64,000 nt of DNA, from positions 4,536,823 through 4,600,822 of the forward strand of contig NC_068982.1 of the NCBI RefSeq assembly GCF_001194135.2, read 5' to 3'. The translations under genes and the position numbers were made by a program. Below are positions 26,107 through 38,350 of the stretch, piece by piece. The notes under the pieces were generated by a model. It was not told the origin of the DNA. It was given only the letters and a program-made list of their open reading frames with translations, and ran no database searches. How positions within the stretch are numbered: the first letter of the stretch is position 1; each line of letters starts with the position of its first letter. Source of the DNA: Octopus bimaculoides. Its lineage: Eukaryota.

Positions 26107-27900
26107 CTAGTAGGAGACCCGGCGTTGTCCAGAAAGCAGAGGAGTGAAGTGGCGGCCACATTCTTCAAATGAGATCGGAGTAATTCGGAATAGACTTTTA
26201 AATTCTGAGTAACAGGGAAAGACGATGAAAAGAAGACATACTGCTGGCAAATCAGAGACAAGCATTTCTTAGCGAAGAATTTCACATAGACAGCGTGCAG
26301 TTTTTCTATTTCGAACATTGACAGAAAGGGAAAGTCCATTATATAATCTTTCATGTGAGGAACAGAGTTCGCCCATTGCAACTGAAACCCGTTCAATGTT
26401 TGGCCTTGAGATTTATCGAAGGACACGGCAAAGGTTAGGAGTAAAGGAGTGTTAAGCCTCATCGATAGAAATGATACGAGTTCACGGAATGAATTATTTT
26501 CTCATTTGCTACATCCGGTGAGTATTGTAGTCTGAGTAACATGACACTTCTGATTCGTAACAGCTGGCCTCAGTACTTTATAATATGTGGTAGATTCAGA
26601 TTAAGCCGATGTATGATGGATGAAACACGAGATACGTGAAAGAACTCATGTTGCTTCTTGAAACGTACATTCATTTCAAGCAGTCATTCCGCATTTTCTT
26701 AAAACCTCTGCAATCCCATCTTCTCAGCTGAAATCACATTTCGTGTTTTGGTTTCTGATCAATTTGGAAAGGAATCTGAGTGAAGCATGATTTTCTGCAC
26801 GTGCGGCACTGTTCATTATACGCAAATCCCCAAAAGATGATGGATTCGTAATGTTATAAAGCTGCACACAAATGTGGATTGTGGATTTTGAAGTATATTG
26901 TAGACTCCTGGCACAATTGTATTTTTGAAAATTCCAAGATGACGACTGCATTACTAGGAGTAAAAAGATGAGATTTCCGGAAAAGCTATGTATGTGAAAA
27001 GGGATCGTCTTCATAAAGGTTTCACAAGAAAGGCAGATTTTTATTTTTCAGTTAGTGACTGATGGAAAATATTTCCTTCAGAAAAATAATCTCTGTTCAT
27101 TTTCCAGGAAAATATTTGGCTATTACAGAGAGTTAGTGTTTTTCTTCATGATTAAGAAATTAAAAAAATATGCCATAATGTTTCGCTGCTGCATAGGTAT
27201 CTTCTCAACCTGGACTTGGCTGTTAAAGGCGTTTGTATTTTACTTTTGAAGAGCAAATATAGCAACGTTAGATGATAGGCTTACCTACTATCACTCACTA
27301 ATTGACTTGACTTAACTATCAGAATTTGACATCTGATAGAGACATAAGTAAGAACTGAATTATTTTCCCTAGGTTGTCAATCTCAGTTTCGTTATTGTTT
27401 CTAATTTATTACCCTAATTACAAACCCTCCTTCTATGAGACTTTTCGTAAAGTGTAGTGAATCCGTATCTTCATCAATACGAGGTTTTCCTATTAGTTTC
27501 CTAGGTTAACTTTGAAATATTTATTAAGAATTTTTATAGAAGTACTGGAAATAAGAGCCCTCATGGGCCTCAACTATTGTTATTTATTTTGATAGTATCA
27601 GCAGTAACTTGATCACGTGCACAGCGTGGAAATTGCTATACGTAGAGTGAACTTATGTTTTTCAATTAGAATATGTGTAAGAGGAATTTTCTTTTTACCA
27701 TTCTTTTTAACTGGATTGGAACATGCTTTTCTCAAAGTACTATCCAGTTTATCAGTGGGCTGTTCGTAAATCGCCGAAAAGTATTGAGATCGTAATACCA
27801 TCACGCAATGACCGCAACGTTGTAGTACTGAAGATGTCATACTTCGTTATAAAGTGCATTATTTTAAACAGCTTTTGTCAAAAATCCCTGGCGAGGCGAA
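26107..27900 (-). mobile_element. Decayed, internally deleted Helitron (Rep-Hel)
   Basis: Minus-strand remnants: LARDF*QKL, EW*K..PLTHILI (HUH motif), GP*G, EIDN, RYLCSSETLWHIF, LENEQRLFF, EDDPF, PSSFGDLR, TILTGCSK, FAVSFDKSQGQTL. The 3' end is GGACAACGCCGGG...CTAG|T at 26107. Confidence 0.85.
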
Positions 27901-28511
27901 GAAATACTGTTAATGCCTTGAATATTATATATTATAAGTATTGAGGCGTGGTTTATGTTGATTCTTAATTTCCTTCTATCGGCGGCTTCTTTATGTATAA
28001 ACCGCAGCGCACCGCCAGAGGCTGACACTTCTGTTTGCTACTGTATACTTCATGCGTATTTGAAAAGATCAACATTGGGACGTGACTGATACTTGTCCCT
28101 TGCAGGGTCGGTTTTTCTAATTTTATGGTCTAGAAAAATTTAAGTTAAAATTTCACCTCAGTTTCAGTTACTGCTACTGAACTGTCTGATTGAGTGTCGC
28201 ATAAAGAACTACAAACGTATTTGAACAGAATGCCCGTAAAAATGTTACTAAGAAACTTATGTTTTACATATTAACAACGAATGAGAAAGTGGAAATAAAT
28301 ATTGAGAGACTTCGTAAGGAAAGGCGAGATAAATGTATCAAGTAATACATAGAAATTGTGTCGTGTCACAAAAGGAATTAGCTTTTAAATATTGATCAAT
28401 AATGAATCATAAAGGAACTAGAAACGGATTACGAAAAGCTTATAATTGAATGGAAAGACAGGAGGTGTATGAACACCAACAAAATGTTACAGAATCATTT
28501 ATCATATTCTG

Positions 28512-28518
28512 AATGATG

Positions 28519-28580
<62 letters not shown>
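28512..28580 (+). repeat. (TAA)n microsatellite
   Basis: About 20 units directly preceding a Dong fragment. Confidence 0.98.
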
Positions 28581-28581
<1 letters not shown>

Positions 28582-28888
28582 GTAAGTTTTGGCACCAGTA
28601 TAAGTCAAGACATGACAGAGCTGGTCAATGGTTATTATCTCGGTATTATAAAATCAAAATGTTGACAAGTGATATAATCCCCACCCTGAGGCTGTAACTG
28701 AGGGAGAAAATGTAACGATTCTTTGAGACTTTGCAGTACATGCAGATAGTATCTTAAAAGCTAATTAAGCGCATACTGTTGTAAAAAACCCCAAAATAAT
28801 AATCTTTGTTTCTTGATTGACATGGGTATGATCTGTAATCATGATATTTCGGTAAAAGAACTTGACAAATATAGAAACTATAAGCATA
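28581..28888 (+). mobile_element. Dong/R4-clade non-LTR fragment (RLE endonuclease region)
   Basis: YKSRHDRAGQW..HPEAVTEGENVTIL*DFAVH..KAN..LCFLIDM..SVKELDKYRNYK, with stops and frameshifts. Confidence 0.8.
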
Positions 28889-29226
28889 GGCGCAGGAGTG
28901 GCTGTGTGGTAAGTAGGTTGCTTACCAACCACATGGTTCCGGGTTCAGTCTCACTGAGTAGCACCTTGGGCAAGTGTCTTCCACTATAGCCTCGGGCCGA
29001 CCAAAGCCTTGTCAGTGGATTTGGTAGACGGAAGCTGAAAGAAGCTCGTCGTATATAGATCGCCGGCCATTACACACTCTTTTTTTTTCTCTCCTTGTTT
29101 ATTTTTGTGTTCCTTTCTGTGGAATAGCATAGGCTCGAAACGTTGAAGACGTTTTCACTTCACGAGCGTTATACTAATACATCTGTTTGTTGTCTACACC
29201 ACCTGCCTTCGTCTTTTGTTTTTTTT

Positions 29227-29308
<82 letters not shown>

Positions 29309-29580
29309 ATGTGTGTGTGTGTGTGTGTGTGCACGTGCGTGCGTGCGTGTGTGTGTGTGTGTGTATGTGTGTGTATGTTTGTGTGTCTGTGTTTCCCTAC
29401 CATCGCTTGACATTCGATGTCGGTTCGTTCACTTCCCCGTAACTTAGCGGTTCGTCAAAAGAGATCCGATAGAATAAGTACTAGGCTTACAACGAATAAG
29501 TGCTGGGGTGGATTTGTTCGACTGAAGGCGGTACTCCAGCATGGCCGCAGTCAAATGACTGAAACAAATAAAAAATAAAT
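28889..29580 (+). mobile_element. SINE family B with an insertion in its microsatellite linker
   Basis: Head 28889-29057, foreign segment 29058-29235, (TC)(TA)(TG) linker, 3' half 29390-29580. Confidence 0.85.
29113..29148 (+). ncRNA. Degenerate minimal hammerhead in Penelope-like fragment
   Basis: cttt-CTGTGGA-a-tAGC-atag-GCTc-GAAA-CG-TT-gaag; core A6>U. Confidence 0.5.
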
Positions 29581-32361
29581 AATTCCATATTGAATTATGA
29601 AAGACATGATAGAACTTAAAACACACAAGGGATGTATAGATATAATTAAATGCCACAGAGACACGCTGCGATTGTGAACAATAATAGATTTGTTTTTATG
29701 GGCGATTGTTTAGTAATTTTCCAGCCAAGAGAGCGCAAACGCACATTCAAACAATATGTACTGTGTCAAACATTTTCACCATTATAAACGTTCGAATATT
29801 TCTGACGATATTTAAAAATTGATCGTTGTTAACTCGAAAATATAAAAGCGACGCAAATGTCAAGTCAAGAAAGCCTCTTCAAAAGATAAGAAACAGAAGC
29901 GGAGTAACTTCAATCCCTCTTATAATCAATTTAAATTTTTACTTAGCTCATTTGAGCAAAATATCATTTCGATGGGTATATACGATCAATCCATTATATT
30001 CGGTGGCTAAACCACCGAACGTCTGGATTAAAGATCAGCAGTGGATATTCTAAATCGGCGATGTTTTGACTTGTAGATAACTTTCTAACCAACATATTCC
30101 TCTCGAAATAGCTCAATATATCTAGCTCTTAACGTGATAGCAAAAACTTGTTATAAACAGCAAAACATGACCTTATTTATGATTGTTTCATTTGCTTGCC
30201 GGGTGTATTTTATTTCTTTCAGTATTCGCTCGACTCAACTGATTTGTCCTACATGTAGCATATGAAAGCGAAGCTTTGAGTTATCTATCAACGACCTGCT
30301 TTTAGGAGTCACGATATAATAATATCCATTTAATTAAGCAAATTAATTATCTAATCAACCTAGACACAAATTCAGTATTTGGGCCCACATAAAGAGAACA
30401 GAAACTAATTATATTAAATCTTTTAACCGTCATTCCAATATATCGATCATTTCGACGAAGTTAATCAACTGAATGGGAGTTTCGTGTAGATAAGGCTAAA
30501 CCAATAGAATGATAAAATGATTATTAAATACTTTACAGTAATCGGTTTCATTTCCTTGTTTTCTAAGTTTTGATCAGCTGTGGTTCTATTTCCCATTTTT
30601 ATGCCGGTGTCACTGGGCTAGTAATTAGAAGTGCTGAAATACAGTCGCCGTGAGTGGAAAGATAGATCAATAAACGATAAAATCAATATCCCCCTTTTAT
30701 TAGCTTAGCCATTTAATCAAGCTAAACCAGGCTAATACTGCAGACAACAGCAGTGTAGTTTCAAAGGCCGGAATGTAATCTTCTATAACACCAATGAGCA
30801 TGGAACTAATATACCAGTGGAAGGTGAAATATTTGGAGCTGGAAGACGGAATCCTTTAAAAGGAATGAAGAAATACGTCATCGAAATAGAAACCTCTGGA
30901 GATTAATAGTTCGTTTTTGATAGAACAAAGATTTTTGGAAAACAAGTATTTATTGGGATAATCATGCTTCTCCCAATGGTATGTAAAATGAAATGGAATT
31001 AACTAGATCTTCTATTGACAGTTTAATATAGCTGAAAGCTTGAAAGCTTAAATTACTCTGGTGAAGGCTGAGATTTTAGGAGATTAATTAACTTTGAAAT
31101 AGAAAACAAAAATACAGCAGTCAGAAAATGTACGTATTTCTAGATAATATCAAGTTTATACTTAAGTGAATTAAAATCTGGACAATTTAAACAATGAAAC
31201 TTCGATTTTTTATTTGGTTTGTAAGATTCTTAATGTGAATTCATGTGTTGAAACAAATGTGTCTCGAGAGGGTCATTACGCTAATAATAATAAACACTTG
31301 CACTGGTTCAATATTACTTCTTTACTGTTAAACAATTGGTTAAATATCAAACTAACTAATAGATCGTTTGTTTAATGCACTGGTTAAACAATCAATTATT
31401 TCTTTCTTCGTCAAATTTCTTTCGTCGCTGTTTACGACCTTTTTAGTGGCTTGCCCCCGCTTTCACTGAAACAATTAAATTTATTTGGAAACTGACTACG
31501 TCGAGAAGAAATAAGATTAAAATTTGAACACTTGATAGAAATGTTACATAATCTGTAATAAAAAGTAAGACAATAAATGTCACTTTCGGGAGCACAAAAA
31601 AGTGTTATATTCATTTTGTTTAATGTATTTTATCTAGAATGTCACGGATCTTGCTTTTCTAAATGAATTTTGTTTCTAAATACACGGCCTGTGGAATAAC
31701 ATTAAGCACATTTTTTGATGCCACACTGGAAAAATGCCAGTCCTACTGCTTCAAACTCAATGCATAATAAAACTTACTTGGATTCATAGCAATTTATCTA
31801 TGATTCCCAGAATAGATATTTCACTAGAAAAAATTCCAATAGTTCTCTGAAATCCATTCCAGAATATTTCTTTCTTCGCGTTTAAAACTTCTTTAAAAAT
31901 ATTAACAATACATTTTCCAATTAATTTAGCGTAATATCCTTTTAATTGTTAACATTTTATTTTTTACATATTAAACCAGTTGAACATAATTTAGAAAGAA
32001 ATGTTTTAAGCATTGAAATTTCCTTGACAGGAATGGTAAAATAGTTGTGATAATGATTTCTATAAAAATCTTATAGAAATTTCCAACGAAGTGGGATCTA
32101 ATCCAAATGCTATGAAGAAAGAAGTTTCTGTGAATCAGATAGAAATTCAATTCTCACTTGAAGTCAATGTTATGTCAGTATTCTTTATAACAGCAACGCA
32201 CTTCCTCGCTTCTTTTCTTTCCACTATGAAAGATCAAAATCAAAGACATTTGACCTAAAAACATCACATTCTCTACTCGAAGTAAACTAATGCTATTTTG
32301 AACAGTTTCTTCTAATCTGTTTCCATTTATGCAGGACATAAAAAAAGAAACTTCAAATTAG

Positions 32362-32795
32362 CGCAGGAGTGGATGTGTGGTACGTAGCTTGCCTACCAAC
32401 CACATGGTTCTGGGTTCAGTCCCACTGTGTGGCACCTTGGGAAAGTGTCTTCTACTATAGCTTCGGGCCGACGAAAGCCTTGTTAGTGGATTTGGTAGAC
32501 GGAAACTGAAAGAAGCCCGTTGTATATATATATATATATATATATATTATGTATGTATATGCTTGTATGTATGTATGTATATGTTTGTGTGTCTATGTTT
32601 GTCTCCCCAACATCGCTTGACAACCGATGCTGGTGTGTTTACGTCCCTGTCACCTAGCGGTTCGGCAAGAAGGACCGATAGAATAAGTACGAGACTTACA
32701 AAGAATAAGTCCTGGGACCGATTCGCTCTACTGAAGGCGGTGCTCCAGCATGGCCACAGTCAAATGACTGAAACAAATAAAAGAATAAAAGCATA
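32362..32795 (+). mobile_element. SINE family B, full length
   Basis: Collinear with the 33522-33953 copy. Confidence 0.9.
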
Positions 32796-33299
32796 AAAGA
32801 AAATATGAACAAAATAAATCTGCTTCTCTGTTGTTCCTCCAATAGCGCCTGTGGTCTTAGATGTATTGAACTAGTCTTTACTGACTCTCAGATATCTGGA
32901 AATGTTTTAACAGTTTCTTTTATGACAGTGTCTAGTTTCGGAAATGATTCTAATTCATGGCACAAAACAGGCGAAAAGCATCTAATGCACATTTCAAATA
33001 CATCCAATCCACTTTCTACGTTTATCTAACGAGACAGCTTCTCAACGGCTTTATACAGTCCCAGCTAAATAAAACTTGGTTCATTAACAATTTTTTTAGT
33101 CATCTAAATATAAATAATAAATGGAAGTTTTCAGGTTCTGTTATATTGATTTTCACTTATTTTGAAAAATATTTGAAAACAATGTTTAACTATTTCGATC
33201 AGGTCGTTTATTTCGGGTGCAATCCTACTGTTGACTTTTTCGCAGAGGCTTTACATATTCCATCGGAAAGGATTTTTCAAAAATAACATTTCTTACTCT

Positions 33300-33432
33300 C
33301 CTAACACCACCATCACCACCACCACCGCCACCATCACCACCACCACCACCAACAACAACAACAATAACAGCAGCAATAACAACAGCTCAGCAGCAGCAAC
33401 AGCAACAACGGCAACAGCAGCAGCAGCAACAA
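33300..33432 (+). repeat. Compound (CAC)/(AAC)/(CAG) trinucleotide repeat
   Basis: Seen directly in the sequence. Confidence 0.9.
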
Positions 33433-33521
33433 TAGGAATGATTGACTTTATTTGCCATATATGACGAGGGAAAAAATGTCGATTAATGAGAAAGACGAGA
33501 TAGAAAGTAAATTTAGTAAAA

Positions 33522-33682
33522 CAGGAGTGGCTGTGTGGTAAGTAGCTTGCTTACCAACCACATGGTTCCGGGTTCAGTCCCACTGCGTGGCACCCTGGGC
33601 AAGTGTCTTCTACTATAGCCTCGGGCCGACCAAAGCCTTGTGAGTGGATTTGGTAGGCGGAAACTGAAAGAAGCCCGTCGTA

Positions 33683-33741
<59 letters not shown>

Positions 33742-33953
33742 TTGTGTGTCTGTGTTTGTCTCCCCAACATCGCTTGACAACCGATGCTGGTGTGTTTACG
33801 TTCCCGTAACTTAGCGGTTCGGCAAAAAGAGACCGATAGAATAAGTACTAGGCTTACAAAGAATAAGTCCCGGGGTCGATTTGCTCGACTAAAGGCGGTG
33901 CTCCTGCATGGCCGCAGTCAAATGACTGAAACAAGTAAAAGAGTAAAAGAGTA
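33522..33953 (+). mobile_element. SINE family B, full length, low divergence
   Basis: A-box TGGCTGTGTGG, B-box-like GGTTCAGTCCC, internal (TA)n(TG)n, tail (GTAAAAGA)n; near-TSD agtaa(a/t)tttag at 33506-33516 and 33950-33960. Confidence 0.92.
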
Positions 33954-34099
33954 ATTTTAGAAAGACACAGGAGAGATTTTAACTTGGACAAATCAAGGAA
34001 CCTCACAGACCCAGAATCACCATGGCCACCAAAAGTTTGGTTTTACTCTAACATAACATAGATTGAAGATGACATCTTCAATCATCATCATCATCATTA

Positions 34100-36500
34100 T
34101 AGGGAAGAGGTGATAGTAGACGAGGGGGGACGACGGCAACGGAGACGTCAATGACCAAACGCTGTTCGTACCCAGGTCACATATTTCACGGATCCTGGAC
34201 GAGATCACATGCTGTCAAGATCGGCACCAACTATTTATCTTCTCAGGATATGGGACATCAGAATCGAACGACGATGAAACAAAGAACACGAAGGACGAAG
34301 GAAATGATTTCAAAACTGAAGCGATCCCGTATCATAATGGCGGTCAGTGTGTCGATACAGGAAGCAAATGTACGCATATTTATTGCATATGTAATAAGTC
34401 ATAAAGCACAAATACTCCGTGACACGGACAATACAGGAACACAAGAAAAGAGGATATTGGAGGAGGAAATTAGAATTAGAAATCTTGGTTTTAGGCGTCA
34501 AATAAAACAATTATTTTATTAAAGCTGTGTTAAAAGGAAATATAGTGTGTTGCATTACTAATAGTCATGATGACAGTATTATTTAGAGCACCATTTATGA
34601 AAGTATTACTAATGATGTGTTTTATGCCAATGGGCATATTATTAGCAATGTTAATATTGTAGCTGTTACTTGTGTCAAATAGCGCTTATACATGGCAAAC
34701 CGCACAACTAAATGAATGCCGCCACATATCAACTGAATTAGAAGCTAAAAGTATTCCCATGAATGGAGGTATTGTTTTAGAAGACTCTCTTAAATAGCAG
34801 CTAAAATGACGAGATACCATAACAATTTTCAAAAGGAAATTCTTCATAATATTTCAATGCTCATTAATACATTTCAGTGAAGTGATTACTTTTACGCCTA
34901 CATACTCACAAGTCAAACGCTGGGAACAAAATAAACAATGAAACAATGTAACAAGAGATAAAATAACCAACCCAGATTGAACGATTGAGAGGATGGCTAA
35001 TTACATACTCTGTGTAAGGAAAGTGTGGCAGTAGATACGCTTTCCACCCAAAAGTAAGAAATATAATTGTAAGTACAATATAAACAACGAGCAAACACGA
35101 TTGAGAACACCAGGTTATTTAAAAGTAAAGTTGTCTCGTCCAGATTATAAATTTAAAAGTTATAAGTCGTAGAGGAAAACGGTTATCTGAAAGTTATGCC
35201 TTTGAAATCAATCCGAAAAAGTTGTATACAGAATATGCAATAACAAGATAGAAGCAAATAAGATACTCAATAAAGGAAAGATAGAAACATTTTGGAAATA
35301 ATATCCAGTTATAAGATTAGGTAACCGTATTAAAAATTGAAAGACTATCTCCCATTAGTGTAATCGCTTTAAGCTCTAAAAGGATTTGGAAAGAGAACAA
35401 TCGTTGGCATTGACAATATTCAGAACGATTGTAGATTGTCATCTGACATACTGCATGGCCAGTCAATGCACATCTTCACCGCCTTCGGAAATGTTCTGGA
35501 TCAGATATTTGGATTGTTTCCTACCAGCAGCATATCAATAAACCCACCCACATACCATGGAAATGCTAACAGTGTATTTAGCTCCATTGAATTACTTGCA
35601 TACCTGTAACTTAAAAACTACTCCCCGTAATATTATTCAATAATATAATTGTACATTTACAAATATAGTCGCAGTAGAACGAAAATGACGACTGAATGCA
35701 CACAGGGACAACATAGCACTACGTACGGAAACTGGGCAAATGGAAATGGAAAATAAATAATTCAACTAGGTAAAAGAAATCCTTAAGAACTTATTTCAAT
35801 AACAAACATATTTGTGCCATTGACGCATTTTCGGTGCTAACCATAACATGGCCCAATGCCGACACATAACAGACTTACAATCCATTGATAGTAATAGAAG
35901 AAGTTTACTAAAATCCATCATGCATTTCACAATAAATTGAAAGACCTACAGAAAAAACTTGGAAAGGGAACATTGAAGTCAGGAAACAATTTAAGATGGT
36001 AGTTGTTAAGGTTGTTCATTAGATTCCAATTTCATAAAAAGACATGCTGTATTCAGACCTGTTTTTATCGATTTAACAAATCGATCATAGAAAGAAATCG
36101 GATTGGATTTCAAACAACTAAACTCTAAAGCAAAAGCAGAAACAAATATATTGATGGCAATTGAGAGAACACTAGGAGTAGCCGCAAAAATAAGTCTTTA
36201 GATACCAATGTTAAACTGGATCCTCATACAAAAATATAATGCTAATGAACTAGATAAACAAATCCGGTCTGTATGAGACAACAGAAGATATAACAGTGCT
36301 CCCAGTATCTGCAGGCCATTACTGCTTCAGCTGTTGGAGAGAATAGTAACAATTCATACAATAAACATGATGAATATCACGTGTGTTGTATAATGGTTGA
36401 AACGATACATACACCACATTGTATCAGAATGTCTTATATGAACTCTGATAAAAAAAATTTACCCGCTTCTTCACCCAACTTCAACTTCAAAGAATTAGAG
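34100..36500 (+). mobile_element. Highly decayed RLE-type (R2/NeSL-like) non-LTR element
   Basis: Scattered remnants: SPISV (about 35350, RPI motif), TR*KKSL..DAF/FG..NH (about 35765-35850, RT), ETI..HIVSEC (about 36400-36435, CCHC knuckle). Confidence 0.4.
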
Positions 36501-36754
36501 AAGTGTAACATTTATCTGTAGTCCAATAAAACATTAATCGTGCAAGGACATATTTGTTCAATTAAAAACAATGAAGCTTAGGAATATATCTCTGACCCTA
36601 TCTGAAATTAGTTAAACAGGAATCATTCCAAAAAATGGTTGTAAAACGGCTTACTGTGTCCTTCTTAACAATTAATGTTTACGTACCGTTGCAAGGAATA
36701 TGTTTATTATGGAGAGGGATCACTAAGCAGTGGTAAGTAAAATTTCAATGTTAT

Positions 36755-37017
36755 TATCTGTTCGAATATACTTGCGGCACGTTCGAACTGGGGAAGAAGA
36801 TACTCACTGCGTTTTGTCACGGAGAATATATCTCGCTTGTTGACAAATGGTGTGTATAAACCTAGATTAGCTCGCAGCGCCACCTACCCAGACTGTGAGA
36901 TGCTAACGTTTCTGAGTACTGACACTAGGCAGATGATGCTACGAGATGACTGAAGGGATTGATTCTGTTATGCTTGTCCCCCAGTTCGAACGTGCATCAA
37001 GCATATTCGGACTGATA
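36755..37017. mobile_element. Unclassified MITE
   Basis: 40-bp TIRs (36755-36794 and 36978-37017), 34/40 identical, bounded by TA. Confidence 0.8.
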
Positions 37018-38223
37018 ACAACATTATAAGGAATATGCTTAATATGTAAAGTGGTCCATCCAAGAATGTTACACCGCTAAATTTGGTGGGTATGCAAACA
37101 ATGCGTTCGTTGGATGTGGTGCTAATGAAAGAGCAATAACTTTTGAAGTTTGCATATACACCCGTTACCCATTTTTGTATCACCGATCGCATTGTTTACA
37201 TAAACGTATTCGTATACGAAACATCGTAACTTTCAGTACTGGCTCTGAATTCTATAAAAATAAACACTATCATCCAGTCCAAATTTAAAACCGAAATGTT
37301 TCATATTGATTTTATATATGAAAGGCAGCTTAAAAATCGCGACATTCACAGAAGTAAATATAGCGGCACTTTGCGAAAATCGTGAGAATCTAAATATAGA
37401 ATTTTAGTCCCGAAGTCTCAGAAGCATTTTTTTTTTCGTTGCGCTGTTCTCCGTAAAACGAAACTACGACAAAGTACTCGTGGAAAATTTAAGGGAAAAT
37501 AATTCTCATCTGAGCGTAACGTTCACGGAAAAACTCGAAACGTAAAAGATATATTCTGAAAGCTTAAAATGTTATTTAAAAAATCGATATAGAACTGAAG
37601 AGAACTTATAGCTGAAATAGACTAAAAAAGTAACAACATTGAGAATACAGACCACGAACAAACACTTCGTACGCATAAAACGATTAAAGCAAATAAGAAA
37701 AGATCAAAGCCAAACCATACAAATTGAACAGAATATTGACCAAATAAGAAAAGAAAGAAAAGAAAACATAGAACAACTAAAAATATGCAAAAATAGAAAG
37801 TTAGGAATATTGAAAAATGCAAATCAAGAGCTCAGATATAATGTAAAAGTTAAAAAAACTGAAGCATTACAATCAGTAGATATTTCTGGGGACCAACAGA
37901 AGTGTCCCAAAAATAAAACTAAACGATAAAATAATTAACAGATATAAATAACATAGGTATAATCATCATTGAAATAATGAAAATAATATTGACTTGTTGG
38001 TATGTGGTATTTCGTTATACAACCATAATATGCCATAAATACATATTAAACGTTTTTATCAGTCAATACCACGTTCTACTGTGTTAGCAGTGCGATTTTA
38101 CATTACTTATTAAGGTTATCTCTACAGATATTCTATAGAAATTATAGCCAGCAATGGTTTTTGTTACTACGTTTCGTATACGTGATGTAAACAAACAATG
38201 AGATCGAAGATGAAAAATGGGTA

Positions 38224-38278
38224 ATGGGGGTATATGCCATATTTCGGGGGATGTTTTTGCCCCTTCATCAGCACCCAT
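38224..38278 (-). ncRNA. Type I hammerhead ribozyme, complete core
   Basis: atgggtg-CTGATGA-a-GGGG-caaaaacatc-CCCC-GAAA-tat-ggc-ata-TA-cccccat; all core nucleotides present; stem I 6/7, stem II 4 bp, stem III 4 bp; AUA cleavage triplet. Confidence 0.8.
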
Positions 38279-38318
38279 CTGCCCCATAAATCATCCTCGG
38301 ACACATTACTTAAATAAC

Positions 38319-38350
<32 letters not shown>

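Noticed and set aside
30735-30907. Met-less 56-codon open frame (..VIFYNTNEHGTNIPVEGEIFGAG..)
   Set aside because: Length expected by chance; no convincing splice sites or motif.
31430-32330. Possible decayed hAT transposase C-terminus on the minus strand
   Set aside because: Only vague similarity in AT-rich sequence; no firm motif.
33230-33275. Hammerhead-like CCGATGG...GAAA..GTC on the minus strand
   Set aside because: Stem II does not pair and two core positions are altered.
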